DNA from: Octopus sinensis | Taxonomy: Eukaryota | Reading direction: 5' to 3' | Length of the DNA stretch: 64,000 nt | Assembly (NCBI RefSeq): GCF_006345805.1 | Contig: NC_042997.1 | Coordinates: forward strand, 201,128,001-201,192,000 | Shown: piece by piece, positions 1 through 11,927 of the stretch | How positions within the stretch are numbered: position 1 is the stretch's first letter | Layout: every line of letters begins with the position of its first letter | Position numbers and translations under genes: made by a program | Notes under the pieces: model-generated | Seen by the model: the letters and a program-made list of their open reading frames with translations, nothing else | Told to the model about the DNA's origin: nothing | Database searches by the model: none

Positions 1-33
1 CTGTGTGCTAACATTTCTGCCAGCTCACCACCT
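1..33 (-). mobile_element. SINE-B 5' end cut by the window edge
   Basis: Reverse complement reads GGTGGTGAGCTGGCAGAAATGTTAGCACACAG, matching the head of the SINE-B copy at 41556. Confidence 0.6.
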
Positions 34-109
34 TATGACACAGAGAATACTAGCACTGTCCCTGAGTGCAGAAGATACACACATTTGTGTAGTGTTCCCT
101 ATTTTCTAG

Positions 110-850
110 GTGCAGGGATGGCTGTGTAGTAAGGAGAATGTTTCCCAAATGACATTGTTCAGTCCCTCTGTGTGGCACCTTGGACAAGAGTTTTCCACTG
201 TGACTCCAGACTGACTAAAGCCTTGTGAGTGGTTTTGGTATATGGAAACTGAAAGAATCCTGTTGTATATGTGTGTGTGCGTGTGTGTGTGTCTGTGAGT
301 ATGTATATGTGTGTGTGTGTGTGTGAGTATGTATGTGTGTGTGCACACATGTATGTGTGTATGTGAGTGTGTGTGTATGTGTGTGCGCATGTGTAAGTCA
401 GTGTGTGTGTGTGGGCATATGTGACAGTGCATGTGTATGTGCACGTGTGTGTGTGACAATGAATATGTGTGTATGTGTGTATGTGTGTGCACATGTGTGT
501 ATGTGAGTGTCTGTGTGTGTCTGCATGCAATTGTGCGTGTGCGTGCATGTGCACTTGCATGTGTGTGTGTGTGCACATGTGTGTGTGCACATGTGTGTGT
601 GTGCGTGTGTGCATGTCAGTGTGTGTGTATATGTGTGTGTGCACGTGTGTATGTGTGTGTGTCCCCTGGCTGCTTGACAACCAGTATTAGCTTGTTCACC
701 TTAACAGTTCAACCAAATAAAAAAAAAACTGATAAAATAAGTACCAGACTTTAAGAATATTGGGTTTAATTTTTTTGACTGAAGTCCTTCAAGGCAAAGC
801 CCCAGCATGGCCACAGTCCAGTGACTGAAACAAGTGAAAGATAAAAGATA
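110..850 (+). mobile_element. SINE-A, diverged, with expanded internal (GT)n
   Basis: Head GGCTGTGTAGTAAG..TTCAGTCCC, CORE-like GGCACCTTGGACAAG, microsatellite 270-660, tail ..CAGCATGGCCACAGTCCAGTGACTGAAACAAGTGAAAGATAAAAGA; same layout as 8008-8435. Confidence 0.8.
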
Positions 851-1355
851 ATAAGTTAAAAGGCGAAAATTAAATGTGTTTTGTGTTTAATTAAATGTAA
901 ATGCGTTAGATGCTATTTTGAACATAATTACTCATTTACTCATTAACAATATTGACCGCAACAGTTGAAGCATCCAACTGATGAAACCCATTAATTATAG
1001 GAATTTATCATTCATTAACCTCATCAATGAAAAACACATTAAACTTCCCATTTAGTGTATTAGAAGACACAGCAGTCCTTTTAAATTCTGGAGTGGGTCC
1101 CTGCGGACAATGTATGTAATTATTGTTTTCCTTGGGTATGAAAATGATAATCTTCATCAGGGTTCCTCAGCCATTTTGTTTATCTATTAATCCCTTTAGT
1201 TACTATTTTATTCTGATGGACCCCCATGGACATTTGATGCTTAAAAACTAGTTTTATAGAAACTTCTTTTAAAATTCCTGTTCTTTGACCTTGCTCTTAT
1301 AGCTGAATCACTACCAGAACTAGAGAAGTTCCAGGTATGGAAGCAAGGTCTAGAA

Positions 1356-2158
1356 TTGAAGGGCCTTGGAGTTAAACTAGCCAAAACCAAAGTCTTAGTA
1401 TGTAGGAAGGCAGACAAATCACAAATCCCTTCAGGTAGATGGCCCTGCTCGATCTGTAGAAAAGGCATAGGTAGAAACTACATGAGATGCAGCCAGTGTA
1501 AGCTTTGCACACATAAAAGGTGCAGCAATATCAGAAGAAGGTTAACAAGGAAAATAACTTTTGTATGCGGAAGATGCAGAGGTACAATAAACACTGAAAA
1601 TATACAGAAAATAGACTCCATCAACTTCCAGTGGGGTAAGCTGGGGGTAGTAGATAGCTTCTCTTATTTAGGTGACCAAGTTAGTGGATGTGGATGCTCT
1701 GAGAGTGTAGCTGTGTGAATAAGATTAGGCTGGGCAAAGTTCAGAGCTCCTACCTCTGCTGGCAACAAAGGACCCTTTCCCTCAGATTGAAAGGCAGATT
1801 GCATGATGCATCATGTGTGCAGATTGAATATGTGTGAATAGCTATGCTACACGGCAGTGAAACATGGGCTGTGACAGCCGAGGACATACGTAGGCTTGAA
1901 AGAAATGAAGTCAGTATGCTTCGCTGGATGTGCAATGTCAGTATGCATGTTCGACAGAATGTCAGCATCTTGGAAGGAAAGTTGGGCATAAGAGGCATCA
2001 GATGTGGTGTGCAAGGGAAACAACTGCACTGGTATGGTTATGTGATACATATGAATGAGAACAGTTGTGTAAAGTCCCACTCTCTAACTGTGAAGGGAAC
2101 CTGTGGTAGAGGTAGACCCAGGAAGACATGGAACAAAGTGGTGAAGCATGATCTTTGA
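1356..2158 (+). pseudogene. RTE ORF2 C-terminal remnant including a C4HC3 (PHD-type) finger
   Basis: ORFs 1356-1718 and 1844-2158; CSIC-x10-CSQC-x4-HKRC-x14-CGRC followed by VDSFSYLG; frameshifted. Confidence 0.88.
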
Positions 2159-2311
2159 ACTTTGAGCTTCACAGTGGCAATGACTTGTGGCAAAGACCTT
2201 TGGCGATATGCTGTGCTTGAGAAAACCCATCAAGCCGAGTGAAACTGTAGTCATGTCTGATGTTGGTGCCACATAACTGGCACATAAAGAGCACCGTTCG
2301 AGCCTCACTTT

Positions 2312-2530
2312 GCCTCCAGTAGGCAAAGTGGTTGAGTTCCTTTCAAGTGTTGGGCCCCCTGGAGGTAAAGCGGCTAAGTTCCATTCGAGCTTTGGGCCTC
2401 CTGGAGGCAAAGTGGCTGAGTTCTTTTCAAGTGTTGGGCCCCCTGGAGGTAAAGCGGATAAGTTCCATTCGAGCTTTGGGCCTCCTGGAGGCGAAGTGGC
2501 TGAGTTCCTTTTGAGCGTTGGGCCTCATGG
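2312..2530 (+). repeat. 42-bp subunits in an 84-bp higher-order repeat inside the RTE 3' UTR
   Basis: Anchor GAGTTC recurs at 2334, 2418 and 2502; alternating A/B subunits. Confidence 0.9.
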
Positions 2531-2891
2531 AGGCAATGACCGAGACCTCTGGCATTATGTTGTGCTTGAGAAGAAGACCCATCAAGCCAATGAAAATCGC
2601 AGTTGTGGAAGATACTGGTGTCACACAAATGGCACCTGTGCTGGTGGGACGTAAAAGCACCCATTACACTCTCAGAGTGGTTGGTATTAGGAAGGGCATC
2701 CAGCCATAGAAAACCAAGCCAAATCAGACTGGAGTCTGGTGCAGCCCTCCAGCTTACCAGCCCTGTTGAACAGTCCAACCCATGCCAGCATGGACAATGT
2801 ATGTTAAATGATGATGATGATGATGATGATTCCAAAGATCTTATATTGACCCTCAAGGGGCATATGGACGTTGGTTAAGAACCACTGATCT

Positions 2892-3125
2892 TCATCATCA
2901 TTATCATTTTAACGTCCGTTTTTCCATGCTGGCATGGGTCAGATGGAATTTATTGAGGCAGATGTTCTACAGCTGGATGTCCTTCCTGTTGCCAACCTTC
3001 ACCTATTTTCAAGTAAACTAATATCTTTCCAAGGCCAAAAAAAAAAAGGTGGGGCATTCCATGTATGATGGTGACACTCATTAACAACTATCACATGATG
3101 TCAAATAAAAATGTAGCTACACACA
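2892..3125 (-). mobile_element. SINE/LINE 3' fragment with a variant RTE-like (GAT)n tail
   Basis: Shares CATGCTGGCATGGG and CTACAGCTGGATGTCCTTCCTG with the RTE tail but has a different upstream part; similar pieces near 19600-19710 and 24070-24180. Confidence 0.55.
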
Positions 3126-3129
3126 TACA

Positions 3130-3699
3130 AGTACTGGTGGAATGTCCCAGTGAAGACCTCAATAAAATTTAAGCTCAACAGACCTGATATAGTGATTTAG
3201 GATAAAGAAGAAAAACTGTGCACAGTTGTGGAAATTAGCTGCCCAGAGGATGTTAACATAAAGCTGAAGATCAAGGAAAAAGAGAACACCTATGCTGAAC
3301 TATTGAGAAATTTGCAGTTACTCCATACAGATTAGAAGTTCAGGCTTATACCTGTAATTCCTGGGGCCCTGGGATACGTAACACACTGCCGAAATACCAA
3401 TTAGGTTTCTCAAAACCAGAAATGAGAAAGCTAATTCAAAAACTAGAGATCCAATCTATTGCTGGAACTGTAAAAATCTGTAAAAGTTTCCTGAAGTTTA
3501 TCATTTAAATATATATGAGCATGTCTAGATATGCAACTATATGCATGAGAATATATACATAAAACAAACAAATCTGCACATACACACATACATACATATA
3601 TCCATATATCAGTACATGTTGATGTTGAAATTCCAATGAAAGAACCTTGAATCTAGGTTAGAAACCGTCTCTTTCTCTTTTGAAATAAAACTGAACAAT
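3130..3699 (+). mobile_element. R4/Dong-like non-LTR element 3' end (REL endonuclease + 3' UTR)
   Basis: YWWNVPVKTSIKFKLNRPDIVI*DKEEKLCTVVEISCPEDVN..KEKENTYAELL..IPVIPGALG: the RPD..E..K..KY-type REL motif; second copy at 51982. Confidence 0.85.
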
Positions 3700-3821
3700 C
3701 ATATATGTATATATATATATAGATAGATAGATAGAGAGAGAAGGGGAGATAGAGAGAGAGAGATAACTAGCTAGCTAGCTAGACAGATAGAGAGAAAGAG
3801 AAAGGGAGAGAGAGAGATAAC

Positions 3822-3864
<43 letters not shown>

Positions 3865-3875
3865 ATAGATAGATC
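3700..3875. repeat. Compound (TA)/(GA)/(GATA)n microsatellite
   Basis: Direct reading. Confidence 0.95.
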
Positions 3876-3887
3876 TACACACTTGTA

Positions 3888-4142
3888 TTAGGTTGTCTCA
3901 CATGAAATATCACATTTGAAAAAGGAAACGTTAAAATTGTTTTTTAAGTTTTAGAATATTTATTTATTTGAACAAAATATGATCCTTGTTCATTTATGAC
4001 CTTCATCCAAGGCATATATTCCAGCTTCAAAGAATTTGTCATCTTTCACACTGATAAACTGTTTGAATGCTTCAATTACCTCTTCTTTATTTAAGAATGG
4101 TTTATTGCTTATAGCAAGCTCAAACTGTTTGAATATGTGATA
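3888..4142 (-). mobile_element. Mariner 3' fragment
   Basis: TA + TTAGGTTG terminus; minus strand gives YHIFKQFELAISNKPFLNKEEVIEAFKQF..FFEAGIYAL..KVINEQGSYF, a mariner C-terminus. Confidence 0.8.
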
Positions 4143-4143
4143 A

Positions 4144-6460
4144 CACTAAGCAACAAAATTTTTGCTACTATTAGAAAAAATGGTGCTCATATGTAATTTT
4201 GAAATGCTGATTCCGAATCTGCAATCATTTTTGTTCTAGCTTGTAACGTTTTTGTGTTGTTCTTGTTATATTGCTATCAAAATTACAATAATGTGAAAAT
4301 TCATGACAAATAAAATGAATGTTATGTTAAGTGCAAATTACCGTTATTTGATATAAGAATAATAGCAACTTGGTGGACAAGTAGCTCTAAAACCAATAAA
4401 ACACAAAACGAAAGTGTAAAACAAATATTATTAATTTTATGTTTTTCAAAAATAGGTTTGGTGTCTTCTTTTACACTTCTCTTGCATATCCGTTTCTTGT
4501 TTTAAAAACCAGCAGCAGTCCATCAGTGTGTTTGGTGTAAGTCTACCACTGTAGCAGCTTTCTAGCTCTTCGATTTCTTGATGAAATTGTTCACCATGCT
4601 CGTTGCCTACATCACCCGTATTGGGTGGAAAAAGATGAGAATGGAGAAGATGAGTGGAAATTGTAGTTGTGATCCCTGTGCCGGTGGCACGTAAAAAGCA
4701 CCATCAGAACATGGCTGATGTCAGTGCCGCCTTGACTGGCTTCCGTGCCGGTGACACGTAAAAAGCACCAATCTGATCGTGGCCATTACCAGCCTCGCCA
4801 GGCACCTGTCCTGGTGGCACGTAAAAAGGACCCACTACACTCATGGAGTGGTTGGCGTTAGGAAGGGCATCCAGCTGTAGAAACACTGTCAGATCAGACT
4901 GGAGCCTGGTGCAGCCTTCTGGCTTCCCAGATCCCGGTTGAACCGTCCAACCCATGCTAGCATGGAAAACGGACATTAAACGATGATGATGATGATTCTT
5001 GCCCCAAGTTGTTTATAAACTTTCATTAGATCATTTACAATTACAACGTAGTTAGATGATTTTTCACATCCCAAAATATTTTTTACAAAAGAAACAAACA
5101 TTTCCCAAGCAGTTTTCTACTGGGCTTAATTTTTCTCGAAAAAGCTTATCACAAATTACTATGCAAATTTCTGGTCCATTAAAAACACCAGCTTTGATCT
5201 TAGCTAGAAACTCTTGCTAGAAACAAATTTTTCACTGAGATATTTGAATCCTTCACCATCTTCATTCATGGCCTTCATAAAATTCTTAAACATGCCAAGT
5301 TTAATGTGTAAGGGAGGAAGGTAAATTTTCTGAGGGTCAACTAAAGAGATATATTTAATGTTGTATCGCCCTGATGTGAAATCACTTCTCTTTGGCCATA
5401 TTTTTGATCATAATGATGTTTGTCATCTTTGCTGTTCCAGAGGCACAAAAAGCACTGATGGATTGTATACCCAAGAACCAAACGAATTACTTTTTATATA
5501 TTCCACTTGTGCTCAGAATATTTAATCAAGTGCAAAATTTTATCCATTGATTCATAAGTTTCTTTTTATCCTACAGCATGTGCTAGTGATATTAAAGGTT
5601 TTTGGTTGCCATTATGCAACAAAAACAGCTTTGCTGGAATCTATGAAGAGTCTCCATTCTCCAGGATTATGGCTGTACCCCATCTCACATGGGAGTCCTT
5701 CAACATCACAACAAAAACAAATACCATTTTTCTCCATAAAAAATTCATGCAATTCTGTATGCCGTTTTCGAAAATATGAGCATTTTACACCCTCGTGTAA
5801 AAGATTCCATTGTTTCAACCTGGAGCCCAGTAGTTCTGACTTTTCTTTTGTTAAACCCAAGTTTGTAACTAAATCATTTAACTCAAGTTGACTTAATAAA
5901 TGAGGAACTTTTTTTTGAAGATCTTGGTTCATCACGGTGATCTGCTGTATCACTTGGCATGCCTTCAATTGAAGTAGATGTAGTATTTTCTTCACTTAAA
6001 CTATCTTTGTCAAAAGATGGAGGAGGTTCTGGAACTGGAATATTTTTAGCAGCATGAGCAACTGGTTTTAAAGCTGAAGGGCATTCTGGACAAACAATCT
6101 TGGATTTGTTCTTCTTAGAGAAACCTGTGATGCTAGTTAAGCAGAAATAACAATTGGTATAATGGTTTGTCAGTTCGTGCCATATCATTAGTACTGCAAA
6201 TGGCACACTTTTCCGTTTACCATTCAGCCATTGAGTTAGTACTATGTATCAGTTTTTGCAACAAACATGAAGTGCCCTCAGTTTATCTTGGTTCCAAACT
6301 TTGCACTCAAAGTAAAGCTTGTAAGCATTTAAAACTTTCTTTGTAAGCTTATTTCTCTGATCTTTTGGTGTAAATTTTCCACACACATAACAAAAGCTGT
6401 CTGGGTGATTAACACAAACGTTTCTGCTCATCATAAATACATACAGTAATAACCTAAATT
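4144..6460 (-). mobile_element. Degenerate Chapaev-like (CMC) DNA transposon
   Basis: CAC terminus at 4144; N-terminal Zn motif CYVCG..D..H.CC..W..H..CYFC (ORFs 6249-6434, 5883-6206); WRLFIDSS; HLLHSHL-FFPPNTGDVGNEHGEQFHQ; frameshifted. Confidence 0.78.
4654..4995 (+). mobile_element. RTE tail inserted in the Chapaev-like ORF
   Basis: Three GTGCCGGTGGCACGTAAAAAGCACC-type modules and a (GAT)n end; interrupts LGAR...HLLHSH. Confidence 0.88.
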
Positions 6461-6477
6461 AACACTCAAAGGCGCCT

Positions 6478-6790
6478 ATCATCATCATTGTTTAACGTCC
6501 ATTTTCCATGCTGGCATGGGTTGGACAGTTCAACTGAGGTCTGGGAAGCCAGGAAACTGCACCATGCTCCAATCTGATCAGGCAGAGTTTCTACAGCTAG
6601 ACACCCTTCCTAACACCAACCACTCCGAGAGTGTAGAGGGGGCATTTTACGTGACACCAGCACAGGGGCCAGAGGGGGCTGGTAATGACCATGACTGATT
6701 GGTGCATTTTATGTGTCACCGGCACTAAAGCCATTCAAAGTGGCGCTGGCATCGGCCACGTTCAGATGGTGCTTTCTACATGCCAGTAAA
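6478..6790 (-). mobile_element. RTE tail
   Basis: (ATC)n + TTAACGTCC..CATGCTGGCATGGGTTGGAC. Confidence 0.85.
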
Positions 6791-6929
6791 CTAAAATATA
6801 AAATTAATCAACTGTAAAGATTACTGTAAAACATCAAAATATATTTCTCAAAAGCAAATCCTTGAAATTATAGAATGAACTGAAGATATGGCTGTCACAA
6901 AACAAATTTTCCCATCTCTAAATTTCAAG

Positions 6930-7400
6930 CCGCTAACTGACTTCCATGCCAGTGGCACTCAAAAGGCACCATTCGAGTGTGATCGCAACCAGCATCGCCT
7001 TACTGGCACTCAAGCCCCATGCTAGTAGGGTATGAAGAGCACTATCCATCATGATCGTTGCCAGACTGTCTATCTGGCCTCAGTGCCGGTGACACGCAAA
7101 AGATGCCATTCGAGCGTCATCGTTACCAGCATCGCCTTACTGGCACCTGTGCTGGTGGCATGTGTGAAAAATTCAAGCAAGGTTGTTGCCAGTACCCCCT
7201 GACTGGCCCCATGCCGGTGGCACGTAAAAGCATCCACTACACTCTCAGAGTGGTTGGAGTTAGGAAGGGCATCCAGCTGTAGAAACTCTGCCAGATCAAG
7301 ATTGAATCCTGGTGCAGCCATCTGGCTCACCAGCCCACAGTCAAACAGTCCAACCCATGCTAGCATGGAAAGTAGACGTTAAAGAATGAGAATGATGATG
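6930..7400 (+). mobile_element. RTE tail with about five UTR modules
   Basis: Repeated GTGGCAC modules, AGGAAGGGCATCCAGCTGTAGAAA, GATGATGAT end. Confidence 0.85.
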
Positions 7401-7451
7401 ATATATATATGTATGTCTGTATGTATCATATATATATATATATATATATAT

Positions 7452-7722
7452 GCCAGCCTCGTCTGGCACCTGTGTCGGTGGCACATAAAAAACACCATCC
7501 GAGCGTGGCCGTTCGCCAGCCTCGTCTGGCACCTGTGTCGGTGGCACATAAAATCACCCACTACACTCTCGGAGTGGTTGGTGTTAGGAAGGGCATCCAG
7601 CTGTAGAAACACTGCCAGATCTGACTGGCCTGGTGCAGCCTTCGGGCTCCCCAGACCCCAGTTGAACCGTCCAACCCATGCTAGCATGGAAAACGGACGC
7701 TAAATGAATGATGATGAATGAT
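7452..7722 (+). mobile_element. RTE tail with an exact ~65-bp internal duplication
   Basis: GCCAGCCTCGTCTGGCACCTGTGTCGGTGGCACATAAAA occurs twice. Confidence 0.85.
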
Positions 7723-7741
7723 GATATATATATATGATATG

Positions 7742-7793
<52 letters not shown>

Positions 7794-8007
7794 AGATTAA
7801 CAGAATGAGATAAAAAATCCAAGGCTGTGAATAGTTTTCAGAACATTTATAAAGAGAAGATTTTACAGCTGTTTCCGGGATATTTTATATATCCCTTCAT
7901 CAGAGATGGCACAAGAAAATGTTTCAGTAATAGTTATTAAAGAGAAGATATGAAATAGAGAGTGAAGTGGAGGGATGAAAATATACATGAGATATGTAAG
8001 GATATTA

Positions 8008-8435
8008 GGCGCAGGAGTGGCTGTGTGATAAGTAGCTTGCTTACCAACCACATGGTTCCGGGTTCGGTCCCACTGCGTGGCATCTTGGGCAAGTGTCTCC
8101 TGCTATAGCTTCGGGCCGACCAAAGCCTTGTGAGTAGATTTGGTTGATGGAAACTGAAAGAAGCCTGTCGTATATATGTATATATATATACATATATATA
8201 TATATGTATGTGTGTGTATATGTTTGTGTGTCTGTGTTTGTCCCCCACCATTGCTTGACAACCGATGCTGGTGTGTTTACGTCCCCGTCACTTAGCGGTT
8301 CGGCAAAAAGAGACCAATAGAATAAGTACTGGGCTTACAAAGAATAAGTCCCGGGGTCGATTTGCTCAAATAAAGGTGGTGCTCCAGCATGGCCGCAGTC
8401 AAATGACTGAAACAAGTAAAAGAGTAAAAGAGAGA
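8008..8435 (+). mobile_element. SINE-A, full length
   Basis: A box TGGCTGTGTGAT, B box GGTTCGGTCCC, CORE-like ATCTTGGGCAAGTGTCT, (TA/TG)n centre, tail GAAACAAGTAAAAGAGTAAAAGAG. Confidence 0.9.
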
Positions 8436-8714
8436 GAGAGTATATTGTATTTACCATATATATACGTACATATATTTTTGAGGAGATTCTGTATAAAACT
8501 TTAATATTGTTGACTTAATGTTGTTTCCGTTTCTCTCAAAGTTGGTGTCATGTAGTACTGTATAATAATGAGGTGTGATGGCTCCTTGTAATTATAGTAG
8601 AGTCAGGTAACAAAATGAAGTGGTGAGGAACGAGATGACAAAGGATCGGCAGCTAGTGAAGAGACCTTATGAAGGAGACGATCCATCCATTAGATGCAAG
8701 CATGGGAAATGGAG

Positions 8715-9100
8715 GTTAAATGATTATGATGGTGATGATGAAGCCATTGCAGGATGACATTGAGAATGGTAATAAAGATAATGATGAGGGTGATGATGAT
8801 GATGATGGTGATGGTGGTGATGATGATGATGATGATGATGAAGCCAATGCAGGATGACATTGAGAATGGTAATAAAGATAATGATGTGGGTGATGATGAT
8901 GATGATGTTGATGATGACGATGATGACACTGATAACAATGACAATGAGGATGATGCAGAGGAGAATTGATAATAGGAGGAGGTGGAGGAGGATGAGGATA
9001 ATGATAAAGGCAACAATGACGACAACGATGACGATGATGATGATGATGCTCATGATGATGATGATGACGATGATGGGGATATTGTTGCTCATGATGATTA
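8715..9100. repeat. Compound (GAT)n tract with a ~105-bp internal duplication
   Basis: GAAGCCA(T/A)TGCAGGATGACATTGAGAATGGTAATAAAGATAATGATG occurs twice. Confidence 0.9.
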
Positions 9101-9289
9101 GAAAGAGGAATAGAAGAAGGAAATTTATTTGACCAAAGTTTCCATCCAATTCCGCTCCTAACCCAAGACTATGACAAAAGACACTGGCCCAGAATGCCAC
9201 AAGGTGGGGTTGAACCCAGGAACACATGCCTTAATGCCAGTCATCCCAACATAATTAAAACATTTCTGTCATTGTTTTGCTTTATAGAA

Positions 9290-9606
9290 TACATCATCAC
9301 CATCACCACCACAACCACCATCATCATCATCACCACCACCATCATCACCACCACCACCACCACCACCACTACTACCACCATCATCATCATCACCATCATC
9401 ACCACCATCATCACCACCACAACCATCATCATCATCATCATCCCCACCATCACCCTCATCATCACCACCAGCACCACCATCATCATCATCAGCACCATCA
9501 CCAACGATTACTACCACCACCACCACAACTACCACCATCATCATCGTTATCCTCATCATCATCATCACCACTACCATCATCATTACCACCACCACTATCA
9601 TCATCA
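9290..9606. repeat. (CAC/CAT)n microsatellite
   Basis: Direct reading. Confidence 0.95.
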
Positions 9607-9686
9607 TCCACTCACAAGGCTTTGGTCAGCCCAAGGCTATAGTAGCAGACACTTGCTCAAGGTGCCACGCATATATATATATATAT

Positions 9687-9946
9687 GGTGGTGCCGCCTC
9701 GACTGGCTTCCATGCAGGTGGCACGTAAAATGCACCAATCCGACCGTGGCCAATGCCAGCCTCGCCTGGCTCCAGTGCAGGTGGCACGTAAAAAGCACCC
9801 ACTACACTCACGGAGTGGTTGACGTTAGGAAGGGCATCCAGCTGTAGAAACATTGCCAGATAAGACCGGAGCCTGGTGCAGCCTCCTGGCTTCCCAGATC
9901 CCGGTCGAACCGTCCAACCCATGCTAGCATGGAGAACGGAGGTTAA

Positions 9947-9988
<42 letters not shown>
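9687..9988 (+). mobile_element. RTE tail
   Basis: Modules + conserved 3' 170 bp + long (GAT)n. Confidence 0.88.
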
Positions 9989-9989
9989 T

Positions 9990-10200
9990 TTGTGTGTTCT
10001 ACCATCGCTTGTCAACCGATGCTGGTGTATTTATGTCCCCATAACTTGACGGTTTAGCAAAAGTGACCAACAGAATAAGCATTAGTCTTACATAGAAAGA
10101 ATAAGTCCTCAGGTCGATTCACCCAACTAAAAAGGCTATGCTCCAGCATAGCCGCAGTTGAATGACTGAAACAAATAAACAAATGAAAGAATAAACAAAC
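9990..10200 (+). mobile_element. SINE-A 3' half
   Basis: GTCAACCGATGCTGGTG..GCTCCAGCATAGCCGCAGTTGAATGACTGAAAC. Confidence 0.75.
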
Positions 10201-10673
10201 ACATACACGGGTTTATATTTCAGGACACAAAATAACACAATTTGTCACAACAGACATCAAAGCATTCTCAATTTTCATTTCAGTTAAGTTCGACAGAACC
10301 ATGCAGAGATGTCGATCAAAATAGAGGTGTCACATGACAGACAAGAGGCATTGCTTGATGCTGCATAGAAACTAACATTAAACAAGAGGGGGTTACAAAT
10401 CCAATGAAGATATACATGTAGAGTTTTACAGTTATTTATCTATTTATCTATACATATATATATATACATACATATATATATATACATATATATATATATT
10501 ATATAATATATATATATATATATATATAATATATAATATATATATACATATATATACATATATATATTTATACACACATATGTGTGTATACATATATATA
10601 TATACATATATATATATATATTTATACACACATATATATGTATACATATATATATATATATATACATATATAC

Positions 10674-10732
<59 letters not shown>

Positions 10733-10734
10733 CA

Positions 10735-11130
10735 CTCTTTTACTCTTTTACTTGTTTCAGTCATTTGACTGCGGCCATGCTGGAGCACCGCCTTTAGTCG
10801 AGCAAATCGACCCCGGGACTTATTCTTTGTAAGCCCAGTACTTATTCTATCGGTCTCTTTTGCCAAACTTCTAAGTGACGGGGATGTAAACACACCAGCA
10901 TCGGTTGTCAAGCAATGCTAGAGGGACAAACACAGACACACAAACATACACACACACATACATATATACGACAGGTTCCTTTCAGTTTCCATCTACCAAA
11001 TCCACTCACAAGGCTTTGGTCGGTCCGAGAATATAGCAGAAGACACTTGCCCAAGATGCCATGCAGTGGGACTGAACCCGAACCATGTGGTTGGTTAGCA
11101 AGCTACTTACCACACCGCCACTCCTGCACC
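10735..11130 (-). mobile_element. SINE-A, full length, embedded in (TA)n-rich tracts (10430-10734, 11131-11375)
   Basis: Reverse complement of the 8008 layout. Confidence 0.9.
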
Positions 11131-11149
11131 TATATATACATATACATAC

Positions 11150-11192
<43 letters not shown>

Positions 11193-11206
11193 ATATATAT
11201 ATTATA

Positions 11207-11288
<82 letters not shown>

Positions 11289-11316
11289 ATATATATAATA
11301 TATATATATCATATAC

Positions 11317-11370
<54 letters not shown>

Positions 11371-11719
11371 GTATGTATTTATTTATTGATTTATTTATTT
11401 ATAAATCAAGTTATGACCTTTAATGCTAACTGCTATGATTACCTGAGAATGTCTCGTTATTGTCATTAATTATTATTGGATAATAATAGCAAACCTACTG
11501 CCATGCAGTTAGATAACAATTACGTATTGAAAGGTGTGTGTTGTTCAGCATGAATTAACTGATAATGATGACAATTACTTATCAATTAATGAGGAGGACA
11601 GTATTACAGGGGAACTTTAATCACCAGTTTCCTAATTGATCCGATTCTGTTATGCTAGCATCAGAAATTGTTACGGAGTAAACAGTCTCTCATCACGATG
11701 GCATGGAAGACAGATGTGA

Positions 11720-11834
11720 AATGATGATGATGATGATGATGATGGGGGGGTGGCAGGGGGAAGAGAGGGATGGCAATGGTGACTACAATGTACGAGATGA
11801 TGATGATGATGGTGATGATGATAGTGATGATGAC

Positions 11835-11879
<45 letters not shown>

Positions 11880-11895
11880 AGTGATGATGACGATG

Positions 11896-11927
<32 letters not shown>

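Larger units (their letters stand above)
1290..2830 (+). mobile_element. 5'-truncated RTE-clade LINE (end of ORF2, 3' UTR, (GAT)n tail)
   Basis: Translates to ..IAESLPELEKFQVWKQGLELKGLGVKLAKTK.., LHGSETW, GRGRPRKTW; 3' UTR ends in (GAT)n at about 2810-2830. Confidence 0.9.
1070..2887 (-). mobile_element. hAT-like MITE split by the RTE insertion
   Basis: 2831-2887 reverse complement (CAGTGGTTCTTAACC..) and 1217-1290 both match parts of the element at 37084; classification rests on the CAG(T/G) terminus only. Confidence 0.45.

Noticed and set aside
975-1010. CTGATGAAACCC..GG hammerhead-like start
   Set aside because: No GAAA/NUH half can be found downstream.
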